64,000 nucleotides of DNA, from the NCBI RefSeq assembly GCF_001194135.2, contig NC_068982.1, positions 145,409,767-145,473,766 on the forward strand, written 5' to 3'. The stretch's first letter is position 1. Each line of letters starts with the position of its first letter. Below the pieces are notes generated by a model that did no database searches, was not told where the DNA came from, and was given only the letters and a program-made list of their open reading frames with translations. Positions 36,262 to 49,695 of this stretch are shown one piece after another. Made by a program: the position numbers and the translations under genes. The stretch comes from Octopus bimaculoides (lineage: Eukaryota).

Positions 36262-38161
36262 CTAAAGCAGTAAGATATTTTAAGAAATTAGAATCGAACC
36301 AACAGTCAAAAAGATCGATTAGCGATTATGTTGCAGTCACAAGTATATTTAGAAGCTAATGAATGATGGTAAGTTTTTAAAGCAACTTAAACTAATATTT
36401 TAGAAGACCCAGGCGTTCTTCATTATCAGCAGTGATATTTACCAGCAGAAAACTGTTTTCCAATTTCCCGAACTTGCCTTCATTATCGTTGATAATGGCA
36501 CTCAGTAGCTGCTAGCGTAAAAAGAATTAACTTTAAGCTGAAGTAGACTAAGCAGACAGCTAGAACAAGTAGCTGTTGTAACACAGTATTTGTCAAAACA
36601 CCACATATCTATCGACAAACATTAGTGACATGTATGATTATTCTATATAGAATTTCTTGATAGAAACGGCGTCTAGCCAAGTAATCAATACTTATATCTA
36701 AATAAACCCCCAGCTGTGAAAGCTAACAAAACAACACATTAACATATTTCCATTAATGAAATGTCATTCTACTAAACTCAACAGTTTTTCAAAACAGGAG
36801 TGTTCTAAAACGAAGTATATGAAGAGAAAATCGGTTTTCAAAAAGATATAAGTTCAAAGGAAATAATACTTGTATATATTCATGCAAACATCTCACACCC
36901 TCACGGACCGCATGTGCACGCATACAAATGAGCACATACGTTACTGCTCGCGCAAACGCAATCAGATACAATCATATACAGGCAGACACACGCACACACA
37001 AACATACGCGAGCCCGCGCACACACTCTTACACACACACACACAACTCACATGCAATTAAGTGTATGATGTGTACTGAAATATACGGCGCTAAGTTGTCA
37101 GTAAAAACCGTTTCAGATTCAGATTTCATTACTTGTTTTGTTGTTTCGCTAATATCCTTGAAAACATATATACATTGCTTTTTCCGTTTCTCCCACAAAT
37201 GTATTAAAAGACAGCGGATTGATTGGCATAAACATTTGAAAACACTTCAACATCAGGTCCATAATTCTTCTTTATTCTCTATAGTTTTTTCTTTGTATAA
37301 TGACATTTGCCTCTTGTAACTGGCTAATTTCGCTCCATTTCAACTTAAGCACTCTAGAATCAATTGACTCGCCTTTTCCAATCACCCATATCGTATCCAA
37401 CTTATCATACTCTGCACTAATAACTATACCTAGTGCTTTCCTTCTTGAACATTATTCCCCATAATTCTTTCATTTGTAAATAACTTTTCTGCAGTTGTCG
37501 TTATTAGCATGAATCTCAGCTGTCTTAGAGAACATTCAAAGACCATGCCATAGCAATGGGCTGTTCGTCCAGACTGAATTAATAAAATAACGTCACTGAT
37601 TGTAATGTCTTATTGTTGGCTACATTTAGTCATAATGAATGAAGTAACTGACGAGGTATTGCAATTCTCTTAGGAATACATAGTTTTTTTCCCCCTAAAT
37701 TTAATGGAGCATTATGCAAAAATTTGAATAATGGGAAGGCGAGGCACTTACAAATTTCTACGTGGTCATTCAACCTGTTCAAAATACTTGTTAAGTCTCC
37801 TTAAAATCTGCAATCTTAAAGCCTGCCAGTTTTCGGAAATGAAAAATATTACTTAATATATTCCGAAATACAGTTTGGAAAAGAAACATCAAAATACGTG
37901 ATTTTGGATGCTTTTGATTGAAGATTTGCTCGTGTAGGGCCCAACGTGGGAAAAAACAATAACATAAAGAAATACTTTATTCTTTATATTTTTCTATATA
38001 TTTACTTAAATTTGTTTAATACAAGATTAACATCAAAAGCAAATAACAACAGTAATATACCGTTCGGAACAAATAGTAAAACACAAATATATATTGACTT
38101 TTATTAAGAGTTAAGTTGGTCATGTGCGATTATGTATATTTTTTATATTGAATTCAAAATT

Positions 38162-38363
38162 TAGCACAAGGCCAGTAATTTTGGTGCAGGGGAAGTCGAT
38201 TACATCGACCCCAGTACTCGACTGATACTTATTTTATCGACCCCAAAAGAACGAAAGGCAACGTCAACCTCGGCGGAATTTGAACTCAGTATGTCTTTAG
38301 ACAGACGAAATTAAGCTAAGCATATCGCCCCGCCTGCTAAAGATTCTGCCAGCTCGTCGCCTT
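38162..38363 (-). mobile_element. SINE family B, diverged full-length copy
   Basis: AAGTCGATTACATCGACCCCAGTAC..TATCGACCCC..GAAAGGCAA.GTCAACCTCGGCGGAATTTGAACTCAG..TCTGCCAGCTCGTCGCC. Confidence 0.9.
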
Positions 38364-38590
38364 GTATACTTTTCGCATTAATCGCTTGATGTAGCGTAAT
38401 ATACCCATTAAACCTCTCTGACTTATCTATATCTCTCATTATTCTTAGCAACGTTTGTTCCGTAGTAATCCAGCCTCTTTTGATTTAAGATTTTTTTCTC
38501 GATTTACTCAAAGTTGTCAATAATATCCTTTGATTTCCATTTCTTTCTTCCTCTTTATTTTAGATATCTGGACACACACACACGCGCGCA

Positions 38591-38674
<84 letters not shown>

Positions 38675-38950
38675 ACCTGGAATTCTGTACATACGCATAT
38701 GTATATATGTATGGAATGTATATATGGTTTTGGTAGTTGTGTTGATACTGTTGGTAGCTGTGATAGTTCTGATATAAATTTTGTTATTTTTGTCGTCCCC
38801 ATTTTCAATGTTGTTTTAGTTGCTTTAATTGTTCTTGTTGCTCTTCTTACTTTACATTTGTCGTCTTTGTTTTCTTTGACGTTATAATAGTCGCTACTTA
38901 TTGATGAGATACCGGAGCCGAGACGCTGGTATCATAAATTTTGGCCTCAC

Positions 38951-38983
38951 CGTCGACTTCCGCACTTTTCTATATACTGCCAT
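38951..38983 (-). CDS. Candidate first coding exon portion (MAVYRKVRKST|)
   Basis: ACAACAATGG Kozak context, donor ACG|GTGAGG in phase 0; CpG-richer sequence upstream (about 39280-39490). Confidence 0.25.
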
Positions 38984-39556
38984 TGTTGTTGTAGTTGCTG
39001 CTGCTGGTTTATCGTTGCCTTTACTACCAGATGTTGTAGAGCTGGCCAATGAAATAAAGTTATTCAAATGGCTCCAAATAGAAACTGAAAGCAACCGGAT
39101 TGGAGACACTTCTCGCTGGAAGAATATCGACTCATATAGAATCTCCTCCAGCGTTACTCGTTATTTATCAAAAGATTATTCTGTATACATGAATACTTAT
39201 TTTATGCTATTGTTTTTGTCTCTGTATTCGAGTGTTAGTATAAAGATATTCGAGTGTTTCTGCTTATATGTTGTCATTACGGCTGCCCCGAAAGTAATGC
39301 AAAAGTTCACATGGCATGTTTAGTGCCTCGCATAGTGTTGTAGCGACGCCCCAGACGATGAAGTAAGCTAGCCCAGTACGTAGATAGATAAGGAGAAGTC
39401 TAGACATCGAGGTAGTTGAGTAGAGGTCATCCGAACGTGCGATATAAAGTGGCGACGAGGATTTCGTAGCTCGCACAGCCACTGTGTAGTATTGCGATAT
39501 AACACAGATCGTTCATGTTGTAAATGTTTTAGAGTAGCTGAATCTCTATAAAAATA

Positions 39557-40478
39557 CTACTCAACATAGTCTCATTTGCCCGATTGTTGGACACAACATT
39601 CGAATCTCCTTTGAAAATGTTTACGTTTGCTCTATTGTTCCTGCTTGTTAACAGTTCCTTTCAACGGGTCTTTGTCATCAAATGTTGTACCCCATGACTA
39701 ACCTTCACTTGTCCAAACAGGTGAAAGTTACACGGCGAAGATCCACACTGTACAGACCAGTCTAAATTTCCGATTCCTTGATTTGTTGCTAAATATTCAA
39801 ACTTTTATTCGTTCGCTTCCTCTTAAAAGCTTCTCAAAGCCTTTTGAGAGTCCCAATGTGCATATTGCTGTTCTTGGCATAGCCACATTCGACAAAATAG
39901 AAGGAAAATTTCTTCATTGTCATTCCCAACGAATCAAATAGTTATCGTTATTTATCTATGTGGAATCTATCTCTTGAACATTTTAGGTCACAGGAAATAG
40001 GTGTGACTTCATTCCATAGTCAGAGCATTCGTTCCCGTACCATAACGACAAAGTTACTTTTTTTGTCACCAGATGAAAACGAAAAAGAAAACTGTCGTCA
40101 TTGCCTTACAACACTTTCAACTGATTAGAACTGAATTCCGTTCTTCTTCTATTTTTTTTTCAAACCGAGTGTTAAATACAGAGGTGTTCCCTTTCTACAC
40201 ACTCGGCAATGTAACATGTCTGTTCTTGCGAATCAATTCGTCCAAACGCTTGTGATTTGAGGCAGGGTAGTCACACGGACAGTTGATTCTCACTACATAG
40301 TTTATTTTCAATGCTGGTTCCCCCTTCTTTATATACTTTCATTTACCTGTGTACATAATTTTTGTATATGGTGTCATTTCCGTAAAGAATCTGTAGCCAT
40401 CTGTGGATGCCAGACACTTTTGTAACTCACCTTTGTCAAGAACTGGATGTTGGCACGTTGCTTCTGCTTATAAGTCAT
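39557..40478 (-). pseudogene. Decayed mariner transposase, near full length
   Basis: MTYKQKQRANIQFL (cf. EQRAVI.FL); LYSVDL-SPCNFHLFGQVK (cf. PYSPDLAPCDFHLFGPLK); terminal DYVE*. Confidence 0.75.
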
Positions 40479-42389
40479 TACTTAATTGCAATGAAGAAGA
40501 ATAAACAAACTGACGTGTAACACTAACCACCGTAAACAAATTGAACAAACTATGTCAATTAAAGAGCTATTGTACACTTTCGCGTTACTTTCGAAAGAAC
40601 CCTTGTACCTGCATGAATATACAAATAGAGAAAATATACAAATATTCCAAATAATCTAAGTGCTTCTTTAAACACTAAACAGACAACTTCATATGACAGA
40701 ATTTTCTTATGATAACATGCAACACCATGTCTACAAAAAGTGAAGTATTTTTACTGGAAGTAATATTAAGTTTCAGTATCTATTCATATTTGTCATAAAA
40801 TAAATATACAGCTGACTGAAAATATCATAACATTTATGAAGTCTCTCATATAAGTTTTTCTATTCTATAACTCCTTTTACCTTTTGATTTCAAGAATATT
40901 CAGCTATTACAGACACGTTCAATACAAAATTACTACAATTCTCTGTTATCTATTGGTTCGCTAGTAAAATAAATAAAACTCGTATTCCCAAATCTGCTAC
41001 TATGTTTCTTCAGGTGAGTGAAAAGAAATATCGAATATATTGGCATTACTCTGAGTGAATGTTATGTAGTTATGCGTTCGTCTATGCATTTAAATAAGCA
41101 TTATGTAAGAATTCACTTACGCATCAATCAGTCTATATTATATTTTACTATCTATTTAATTATCTATCTATCTGCCTATCTATCTAGCTAACTTTCTACA
41201 CGCCTATCTACATGCTTAAATTTCTATCTGTATATTGCACACTTCAATTTATTCATTTGTCTAATACCTTCTTACATAACTATTTACATTTCTTATTTTT
41301 GTTTCTATTTTTCTTTCTATATCCAATGTATCTAGTTGTCTATCTCTATAGGTCTTTGTATCTCATTTCACTATGTGTCTGCAAAATTAAACACATGAAT
41401 GATTTATACTTCTATTTATCTTCCTAATAATACTTCGCTGTATATATTCTTTTATATAATCCTTAGAGAATATTGTTTTATTACTGTTTTGTCCCAAACT
41501 ACCCGGACATGCATGATGGAACAGGGCTACGATCAAAAGCATTCCTATCCCGGCCATCCTGTCTGTGTAATAATTTGTAAGACTATATTCTGTAATTCAT
41601 TACTCCTTTATTAAAACTGGTATATCGAGTACCATACTGAAGCATTCCCTTGAGTTTAGCCAAACAAATCGATCCTAGTTGTTGTTGTATCTGATATTTA
41701 TTCTTTGGGTATACTTTACCGGAGTTACGTTTTCGGTGTATAAAGGAACAACAGTTGCGAAGCCGTGTGAGAATAAACACCATGATATGCACACACACAA
41801 ATCACACCCAAAGACACACACACAACACACACTCACATGCTCTCTCTTTCTCTCCCTCTCTCTCACACACACATGGACACACACACATGATTATATATAT
41901 GTACACACGCACGTACGACGAGGTTCCACTTAGTTTCTGTTTACTAAATACACGCACAATCATTTGTCGACTCAGGCTATTTAGGAGATGCTTGCCCTAG
42001 GTGTCGAACTCAGAAAGTTAATGCGACCCAACGTGACAGAACTTTTTAGATACACAGTCACCCAATGGATTTATGTTTCCTTATAGAGATATGAAAGATA
42101 TAATGTTTAAATGGTCTTAAATTTACACACATTCTTACAAAAATGGTTGACTTTAAAATATATTTTGAATACATTTTATGATAGTTACAACTTTTCTCTT
42201 ATCATGGTAACCAATCTTGATACAAATAACTTTCTAGATTTTATAACACAATCGGATTTGTAAACCGAATGAAGCATTAAATTACATAAAATGTTAAGAG
42301 CATGAAAATAATAATAACACCTTAGATTCGATTATATCAATTACACTAATCACTTTCAACTAGCAAGCGGATGTTTACAAATTTTTCTA

Positions 42390-42960
42390 TATTCAATGAT
42401 GAGGGTCTATACGCAGAGGAACATATATAATGAGGATCAACTAAGAACTGGTCAACCGGAAAATGAGAAATATGAGAGAAAATGCTCGCTCAGCACCCCA
42501 CATATAACCAAAATATAGGACACCCAGAGCCAAAAGATTCTTTAAACAAGCTTTCAACAAAGCACGACATACACTGGAAAATTGTCAAGAGAAAAGTAAT
42601 GAAGCTCCTTTGTTCCAGCAAACTAAGCGCAACTGTTCGCTTCCGTTAATTATTCTAAGCTGATCTAAGCGAGTACCTACGCCCCGGCAAACAACTGCAA
42701 CGAACACAACCCGAATTCTTAGCTAGTCGACATATTAATAAGTAAAAATTATTGTTCATCTATAGGCTGTATAAAATAATCAAACATCCAAAGCATATGT
42801 AGTCTTTCCTTCTAATTCTTATTAGAAAACTATACTTTCCGAACAAGAAAGCCATACTTCCGAACACTACTTGCAAGGGACTACACAGTGTTATGGAAAT
42901 AGTTCATGAACCTGGAAACCAAGAATATTCTATACAATGTGATATGAAAATACGTTAGTG
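42390..42960 (+). mobile_element. Possible decayed Penelope-like element C-terminal fragment
   Basis: AC-rich skew; STPHITKI*DTQSQKIL and SHTSEHYLQGT..WKPRI loosely resemble PYI.G.SEKI.RIL and SALAEH..TGH...W...I. Weak. Confidence 0.3.
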
Positions 42961-44823
42961 AAGTCATACTCTTTTTTTTACATAAAAACGAAGCTTATAG
43001 TCAAAATATTATCACACTCATAGCTAACACTTCACCGCACAACTCTCAACACACACTCACAGAAAACGAATTCCCTTGAAATCCAAAAAAAACTCCCTTG
43101 AAATAGAATAGAAATAAAGACTCTTAACATTTGCTGAGAGATAAAATTTATATGCATAAGCACGTTCTAGGTTAACTACTTCACTCGAATACCATCACAA
43201 TGGATGTGCAGTTTAATTCCTAAGGAACTGAGGGCCTTATAATATTTGACGTTTCCCAAATTTTACGTAATCTTCAATTTCAGTGTTATTCCCCTTAATC
43301 ACGTACAACCATTGATAATAATACCTGCGGTTAGCTCGGCTAGAAATACTATATGTGTAGTCTACACATCTCGGTACCAATACACCTATGCATGTGTGCG
43401 TGTTTAAGTATCCTGGAATATATTTAGGGGCATGTTTATATGTGAGTATTTGTGTGTATGCACATGTGACTGTGTACATATGCATGCGAATATACACATT
43501 AAATGAAAGCATAGATTATATGAGCATGAATATTTGTATTTGAACCTGTGTAACCTCTTAATATATATTTGTTCATGTGCCTGTAGATACTTAAATCAAG
43601 ATATGCACTCACAGAATTATAAGTAGCTAAAATCTGTATATGTATGCATCTCTATAAATATAAATGCATAGATATGATTTTGTAACCCTGCACGCTTATG
43701 TATATGTGTATGTATCTAATTATATGCACATTTATGTGCCTGTATATAAGTCTGCTTGTATAAACATATCTATGCATGAACTACTGTGTATATCTGTATA
43801 CACGCTTCTCTAGTGTGCTTAATTACAAATAAGCTAATGTACATGTGCTATCTCTGTGTGTACATGTTGCGTCGATTACTAGAGTGTATTAAGGTATTTG
43901 GATGCTAGCTACCGTACTAGTTTGCAGGTCAAGGCAGTTCTAATATTCTTTAACGTGCTTTCATACAATATCACCATAAGATTTCAAACATTGCCGTTTT
44001 AATATGGGCGTTTGCTGATTTAAGAATAGCGAATATTCTAACTTAGATTATATCTTTATAGTTTAGTACTAAAAGATTAAGTGTAATTAAACGGAGAATT
44101 TCGGAATTTTCAAATGAGAAACCGGCAATCAGCCAAGACCAGAACTATCTCTTACGTCACATGTTTCACTTTTTCTCCCTCTCTCTCTCTTACCCTCAAT
44201 TTTCACTCGAGGAAAATGTAATATGCAATGTGATTGTTACTTGTGAATATGAACTCCAAGGGTCAAACAAAATTGAATCTCAAAACTAGTCACAAATTAA
44301 ATAATGCTATGCACGAAATCTCTCTCTCTCTCTCAGTATAACACTACATTTAGCTATCTGATAATATCGAGAAGACATGCTTTCGCAGTTGGTAAGAATA
44401 AGGTTGATATCTGCAGTCTTATGATTTTGACATTTTACATTTGTTGATTGACAATGTTTTCTGGCTTTATGTCTGTCTGTCTGTCTGTCTGTCTGTCTCC
44501 ATCTATCTATCATTCTTTGTAGAGACAGGGAAACACGAAGCTATCGAAAATAGTGTTTTAAAACGAATATTTACACGCTTTTATTTATACATTCACTATT
44601 CCAAGAAGAATTATTTCACGTTCTCTTGTTGCCTCTGACTTCTGGAATATATATACATATATACATACAAAGATATATATATANNNNNNNNNNNNNNNNN
44701 NNNNNNNNNNNNNNNNNNNNNNNNNNNNNNNNNNNNNNNNNNNNNNNNNNNNNNNNNNNNNNNNNNNNNNNNNNNNNNNNNNNNNNNNNNNNNNNATGTG
44801 TGTGGGGTGGGTGGGGTGGGGGT

Positions 44824-45154
44824 GGAGTTGCAATGGCCCAGTGACTCGCCGTCGTAGGATCGCAGTTTCGATTACCAGACCGGTTTTGAGTGTTTATTGA
44901 GCAAAAACACCTACCACTCCACGAGGCTCCGGCATGGGGTGGTCGCGAACCCTGCTGTACTCTTTCAACACAATATTCTCTCACTCTTTTTCCTTGTTTC
45001 TGTTGTACCTGTATTTCTACAGGCCAGCCTTGTCACAGTTTATGTCACGCTGAATCTCCCGTGTCTCTGGAGTGCTCAGCCACTTGCACATTAATTTCAT
45101 GAGCAGGCTGTTCCGTTGATCAGATCAACAAGAACCATCGTAGTCGTAACCGAC
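44824..45154 (+). mobile_element. SINE family C, full length with an internal deletion in the tRNA head
   Basis: Homologous to 19220-19537; lacks GGTTAGGGCAGTG after the A box; 3' end GATCAACAAGAACCATCGTAGTCGTAACCGAC. Confidence 0.9.
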
Positions 45155-45261
45155 ACACGCGCACATACACATCTCCGTATACTGCTAGCTGCTACCGATA
45201 GAAAGGGTATGTTGAAATGTAGTACCGTGATGTTAAATAATGTACATATTTCACATTGAAT

Positions 45262-45584
45262 ATTAAAGTGGAATGAAAAGAAAAAAATTGTAGAAATTGA
45301 ATATACCTGAGGCCTAAAATCTTGCTATATATTATTACTAGAAAAGTACTAAATTTTCGCTTAGATCAGTTAAGGGAATTTACTCCCGCAGTCCCCCCAA
45401 CTCCGCTATTGAAAACAAAAAATTACAAAATCCCCACTTTCGGAGTTTAGGGGGCTTGTGAGTGTAAATGACTTTGATTAATCTCAGCGAAAATTTAGCA
45501 TTTTTCTAGTAATCAAATATAGCAACATTTTACTTCTCAGGCATTTTCAATTTCTACATTTTTAAAATTTTCACTTCACTCTAT
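45262..45584. mobile_element. Foldback MITE, nearly fully palindromic
   Basis: GTAGAAATTGAATATACCTGAG..TTGCTATAT..ATTACTAGAAAA..CTAAATTTTCGCT mirrors AGCGAAAATTTAG..TTTTCTAGTAAT..ATATAGCAA..CTCAGGCATTTTCAATTTCTAC; left terminus TTAAAGTG. Confidence 0.85.
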
Positions 45585-45928
45585 CGAAACAAATGAAGCA
45601 ATATCTTCTTTGCATTGACAATCAATCATGATGTGTCAAGCGAAATCCTTACGCAATGAGCTACAACGAAAGTATACTACAGAAAGCTTAAGGAGGGCCT
45701 ACTACTAAATAGAAAAAGATCGCCTTTCATTGTAATCCACTGCAGTTTTTCAATTCATGATACAGTTTCTGTTTGTTTCCACGTATGTATACTGAAGTCT
45801 CTATGTTATGTATAATTTCGTTGCGTTTTTAAATGCTTCACTAGTTTTTTTTATGTATACGTGATGTAAATGCTTTGCGACAAGTCTTGGTGTAAAATCA
45901 ATAATATGAATCCAGTTCTGTTTGCGTT

Positions 45929-45930
<2 letters not shown>

Positions 45931-46005
<75 letters not shown>
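45931..46005. repeat. (GT)n microsatellite
   Basis: Direct reading. Confidence 0.96.
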
Positions 46006-46009
<4 letters not shown>

Positions 46010-46109
46010 GATTATAGTGGCTGTATTTCTCAACTGATTTTCTCCAAACTGGGAACATACATTAATTATGTTACACCGATGGTTTTAGGATCTTAAAATG
46101 ATTCATACA

Positions 46110-46972
46110 ATGAGTAACGGGCCCTCTGAGAGTAGGAAATAACCGTTCCTAGGTTACATTGAGAAGGGAGGTAATTCTTTGCGAAGTAACTTTCAGAAAT
46201 TGATTGTCTCCTTTACATCTATTGGTCAAAAAATTTTCACAATCTCAATTGGCTCAAAAAAACAGCACTCTACGGACAATTGCTGCTGCAGTACCTTCCT
46301 GGAAGTCCTCACATCTATAAGTTAGTTGATACAATCCCAGATCCAGAAGAGGTGGTAAATTATTCAACAGAAATTCTTAATTCATTGGAGCCTCCACGAC
46401 TACCTCCCCACAAATTCGAACTGAAAGTGGGAACTCCAGTAATGTTATTGAGGAGTTAGTATCCACTAACACTCTGCAATGGGACACGCCTGGTGATAAA
46501 GAAGATGATTCCACATCTTATTGAGGCCACCATAATTTCAGAATGCGGAAAAGGAGATGATGTTTTCAAACCCAGAATTCTCTCATTCAATTAGGAGCAG
46601 AAATTCCGTTTTCATTAGGAAGAGTGCAATTTCTTATTCGTATCAGTCTGGCAATGTCTATCAATAAATCCCAGGGTCAAACAATGCTTGAGGTAGAACT
46701 TCTCTTGGAAGAGTTATGCTTACCACAAGAGCAATTAAATGTTGGCAGCTCTAGATTAGGAAGCCAAAATAAAATTGACAAGGGAAAACAAAGAATATTA
46801 TTTACCAAGAGGTTTTGTAGGAATAACTACATCCTACGATGCGCTCCAGTATCCTCTGCTCTTTGCCAATGGTGAAGATGGATACCATTTCGGCATAATA
46901 CCAACAAACCCGAAGACTGCACCAACAAAGCAGTTTCCTACATGGACTTCAATATCAAAGCATATTCTCTAA
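46110..46972 (+). pseudogene. Decayed Helitron Rep/Helicase fragment
   Basis: PIF1 helicase C-terminus: EILNSLEPPRLPPHKFELKVGTPVMLLRS*..LCNGTRLVI, QFLIRISLAMSINKSQGQT, GKTKNIIYQEVL*; followed by SYDALQYPLLFANGEDGYHFG, a motif normally N-terminal to the Rep domain. Confidence 0.92.
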
Positions 46973-47258
46973 TTACTCCCACCAGCCACGCGTTAAGCGA
47001 TTACGCCTTACTTTTTCAAGTAATTCATTACTACATATTCTCATGTGACTGCATAGGCTCAGTTTATATTATTTTAATTCTAGAGCCACACCAGTAATCC
47101 AATGACAACCCGTTGCCTTCTGCAACATTTCAACAGTTCATTTCTCCGTTGTCCTCTCCCATTGCAGCCCTTTTTCCGGAGTGCACCTACTTACATACAA
47201 TATTTCCATTACAACTACATTCATTCGACTGTCAACCATACAATGGGTCGTGTTAGAC

Positions 47259-47300
<42 letters not shown>

Positions 47301-48713
47301 GTGCTTATATATATATAGTATCATGAAATAGTCGTATAGCAGTACTTTAACGGCTATTCACAACATTCATATATAAAAGCGCTGTTACTTTCTATATGGC
47401 CGTCCACTTCTTAAAATTGATGATTTCGAGAATTGTAGTTCTTAAGGTATACATACAGCAGCCAGGGCTTTGTTTCATTATGTCACTAGATTAAAAAAAC
47501 ATAATGACACGCGCACACGTCAGCATTTTAAGTTGATGGGTTTGTAACCAATTCTGAGATGCCATAGGCATGTTTCGAAGCGAGATAATTTGTATAATTA
47601 CTGGTAATGATATCAAAAGTTTTCAGGTCTGTGGTCCCAATTTTATTGACACGAGCAAAATGTTTTGAGAGCAAAACGTTAAGATGGTTAAATTCATTTC
47701 AGCTACAAAGTAATTCATCTTAGAGTCAACAACAAATATCTTCGTCGCCAAATATTTATTTGTTATCTTGGATACAAAGTAGGAAATAATTTTCTACAAT
47801 CTGTTCCGGAAGGAATTGAAAACCTCCGTTGATTAATGACAATTATCTTGAGTACCGACCTTCTGTTACTAAGGACACAAAATAGCAAATAATCCGCTGC
47901 AAACTGACTTGGATAAGGTCGAAACTCTTCGTTGATTATTAAGGACCTAGCATTGTCAAGAAAATACAACTCCTTGGTTGTTTAGATTTTATTTGGTATA
48001 GTCTTTTACTGTCTCAGAATAAACTAAATGCCACTAAATCCATTCTCATTACAAAAATAACTCCTAGACACCGTTGATATTTAAAAAGAATACTCCTCTC
48101 TCACCTATCTTATTGAAGGATCCACTACACTTGAAACTGATTATTCGTAAACTAAAATCTTCAGTGTCATTTACAGTGTGATAAATCCATTAGTTTCTTT
48201 AGGAATCTTTCATACACTGAAAAATATCTCCCGTCAATTGAGTAAGAATCTAATGCAATCATAGGAAATGCTATGGAATAGAGAATATTCTTTTCACTCG
48301 AGGCCAAATCTACTAAAATTATTAGTAAAGTTTTCCATAACTCACTAGTCAATAAAACAATAACATTTGTATTTTCTCACAAATGTACATGAAAAAATAG
48401 AATATAAGACTTTTCATAAACGCGTCGTATTGCTGACATGTGAAATCAGACAAATACTTGCCAAACAGAAATCAGCCAATAATAATCTCAATAGATAGAC
48501 CTCTGTAACATCTCATTGAATTGCAGGTTTCCATAAGCCGTTTTATGTAACCCGGCAGCCACTCGATCACGTTAACATGCCATTTTCTTTGTAAGATGTT
48601 AAGGCATAAACCGCAATTCTACATCCTCCTAAAGCCAAGTCAAAACAATCACTATTTCAAATGCCGTCTACAACAGCATGCCTCATGCCACTACATCATT
48701 ATAATTATAAGCT

Positions 48714-48890
48714 AGGCGGCGATGCGGCAGAATTGTTAGCACGCCGCACAAAATGCTTAGTGGCATTTCGCCACCATTATGTTCTGAATACGAATTCCCC
48801 TGTGGTGGACTTTTTCTTTCATCCTTTCGGTCTCGACAAAATAAGTACCAATTAATCGCTGAGGTCGATGTGTTCGACTTAACTACTCCC
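48714..48890 (+). mobile_element. SINE family B, diverged
   Basis: GGCGGCGATGCGGCAGAATTGTTAGCACGCCG..AAATGCTTAG..TTTCATCCTTTCGG..AAATAAGTACCA..GGTCGATGTGTTCGACT. Confidence 0.85.
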
Positions 48891-49276
48891 ATGGACTTTC
48901 TGGCCTTGTGCCAAAAGTTAAAATATCTATTATAGCTATAGATGGATACTCAAGGTTGCATTGTGAGCTTCTGTATTGATACATGACAGCTCGTACAATA
49001 ATTTGCTGTCTTTTTTTAAGGGAAAGTCCATGTTTCGTTTCCCATCATAAGTCCAGTTACACAGAAAGTCACAATTTGTACTTCTGTATCGGTTTTGGGA
49101 ACAACGACATTGTTAAAATTAGCACATTTCAATACTTACCTATCGAAAATATCACGCAGAAATGTCTAAATGACGGTCTATGGAGTTTTTACTCCTCACT
49201 CAGGACCATTTACACAATAACGATCGAATGATGCTTAAGTGGGGAATCATTCAAGCGAGATGGACCCTCCGTTCCA

Positions 49277-49314
<38 letters not shown>

Positions 49315-49398
49315 CATTAATACATACATATATATACTCGTCCTGATTTGGTTTTGTTGTGCATTTTCTTTTAACATATTTGTGCTAACTCGGAAGAC

Positions 49399-49695
49399 AT
49401 CGACCCCAGGATTTATTCTTTGTAAGCCTAGTTCTTATTCTATCAGTATCTTTTGCCGAGCTGATAGCTTACATCGGTTGTCAAGCGATGGTGGAAGGAC
49501 AAACACAGAGACAAAAGCACACACGCAGAAATATATACGACAATCTTCTTTCCGTTTCCGTTTATGAAATCCACTCACAAGGTCTTTGGTCGGCTCGACG
49601 CTATAGTAGAAGACACTTGTCAAAAGTACAGTGGGACTGATCCCGGAACCATGTGGTTTGGAAGCAAGCTTCATACCACACAGCCACGCCTGCGC
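49399..49695 (-). mobile_element. SINE family A, diverged, 3'-end missing
   Basis: ATCGACCCCAGGATTTATTCTTTGTAAGCCTAG..AAATCCACTCACAAGG..CTATAGTAGAAGACACTTG..GGGACTGATCCCGGAACCATGTGG..ACCACACAGCCAC. Confidence 0.9.

Noticed and set aside
25106-40478. Idea that the two minus-strand mariner remnants are halves of one split element
   Set aside because: Each spans both N- and C-terminal motifs, so they are independent copies.
47500-48360. Several 55-68 codon open frames on the minus strand with plausible acceptors
   Set aside because: No recognisable homology or consistent phase chain; cannot be distinguished from chance or a decayed unknown element.
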